Made by a program: the position numbers and the translations under genes. A model generated the notes under the pieces. It had not been told where the DNA came from and ran no database searches. It saw only the letters and a program-made list of their open reading frames with translations. A stretch of DNA of 63,893 bases, filler included, from Ionaspis alba (Eukaryota), in NCBI GenBank assembly GCA_964255285.1. It is 4 parts of 4 records of this genome, joined end to end, with 100 filler letters (N's around TTAATTAATTAA, not from the genome) between each part and the next. Parts side by side here need not be neighbours in the genome. Positions count along the whole stretch, not along the records: positions 48,018 to 63,893 come from CAXUUL010000361.1; 3 more parts are not named here. One strand, 5' to 3'. Of this stretch, positions 62,675 through 63,893 are shown piece after piece; positions within the stretch are counted from its first letter, which is position 1, and each line of letters begins with the position of its first letter.

Positions 62675-63893
62675 GCAGGACCATATGTACGGCGACAGAT
62701 GATATGCAGGAGCCGCAGACGTGGAGGACTGGGAGCGACGGTGATGCAGATATACGAAGCATGCAATGGGAGAGAGCAGAGGGTAATTTAAGCGTGGCGC
62801 TACGGAGTCAAGGGGGAAATGGCTGGCTGATTGACAGAGCTGCTGGAAAACGTGCTCGATTGGGAGCATAATGCTTTTCAAAGCGGGGCGTATGGACGGG
62901 TGCCAGCAGTTGGGTCTGAGGCTGGATGTACGCATAAGCCTCGGCGTTTGGGACGGGAAATACATGAAGCGTGCGGGAAGGTACATGAGAGGCATATTGG
63001 CGAGGAAAGGATTTACGGGAAGTTTCTGTATATGCAGATGCAAATACTGTACTGCTATGATTTATTCCTCACTTGCTGAGCTATCAAATGTAGAGAAGCT
63101 TTGTATTGAAATAGCACCCCAATTTCAAGCTATTATGATTCCATTCAAACGTCCACGATGAACTCGGTCCTATTTTATACAAAGAGCTGAGTGAAGAACG
63201 CCTACAATACGGCTACATACTTTGTACTTCACCAAGTCCAGCTCGGGCGTCTACCATCTTGTCCGAAGCTGACTGACCAAATCACAATTGGCATGCAGCT
63301 AACCGACGAGGCGTATTCTCGAATTGTCAAGCTTCGCGTTTTGTGACAAGCATCGTTTCATCAAGCCAAGTCATGACTAGGATTGTAGCAAACATATTTG
63401 AACGCAGTAAAGCCCGTCGACATTGACCATAATCCGTACCAAAAAACATCGGCTGACAGCTTCGAGTCAATCGAGCATTGTACCGTGGTTGGTCAATCTG
63501 TCAATGCATTAATAATCCGCATTTGGATCTCTTAGCCGTCTAAGCTCATTCGTCATCAACTACATTCTCAGCCGCCACCGCGGAATCGGCAACAGGGAGA
63601 GACCCCGATTGCGAGGCCTTCCCCCAGATTCTGTACGACATCTATTGCACATCATTTCTCCATCCATCCTTCATATCATCTTACCACATATACATCTCCT
63701 CTCATCATTCAAGCGCCAACGCCACACTCATCTCTTCATCTCATCTACCCTCGTCTCAATAGCGCGCCCTCGATAGATCGCATCCGCTACACCAACCCGC
63801 CTTGAGCCTCAACTCCTATCCTCACCAGTTTCCCTCCTCCAACCGTCAGACTGCATCAACGAACGCCCTCCCCCTTCCTCTCCTCCTCTCCCA

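Overview
Intron-containing filamentous ascomycete (Pezizomycotina) DNA, not one contiguous locus. Four scaffolds of descending length (1-15931, 16032-31939, 32040-47917, 48018-63893) are joined by artificial N44-TTAATTAATTAA-N44 linkers, and there are four internal 100-N gaps. Scaffold 1: Cys-rich secreted protein, DHA2-type MFS pump, Clr5-domain protein, HOL1-like MFS, MATE and agmatinase-like ureohydrolase. Scaffold 2: SesB-like alpha/beta-hydrolase, small bacterial-like CxxC protein, sterol desaturase/hydroxylase, CBM18-GH16, a large hypothetical protein, a C2H2 protein, a frameshifted membrane-protein gene and UFE1. Scaffold 3: housekeeping block SQS1-ATG4-H2B/H2A-NDUFB9-KGD2-JJJ1, a perfect-TIR MITE and an SPX-RING ligase. 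Scaffold 4: a small orphan protein, hypothetical proteins, a DUF7924-like protein, BFR1, RPB5 and a PTH11-like receptor. The most intriguing signal is the SesB-like gene. It appears able to make either a short isoform ending in an ESCRT-III MIM1-like helix or a spliced long isoform running off the scaffold, possibly into an NLR. Its predicted catalytic His is also replaced by Asn. All family assignments come from motif recognition by eye, not database searches.
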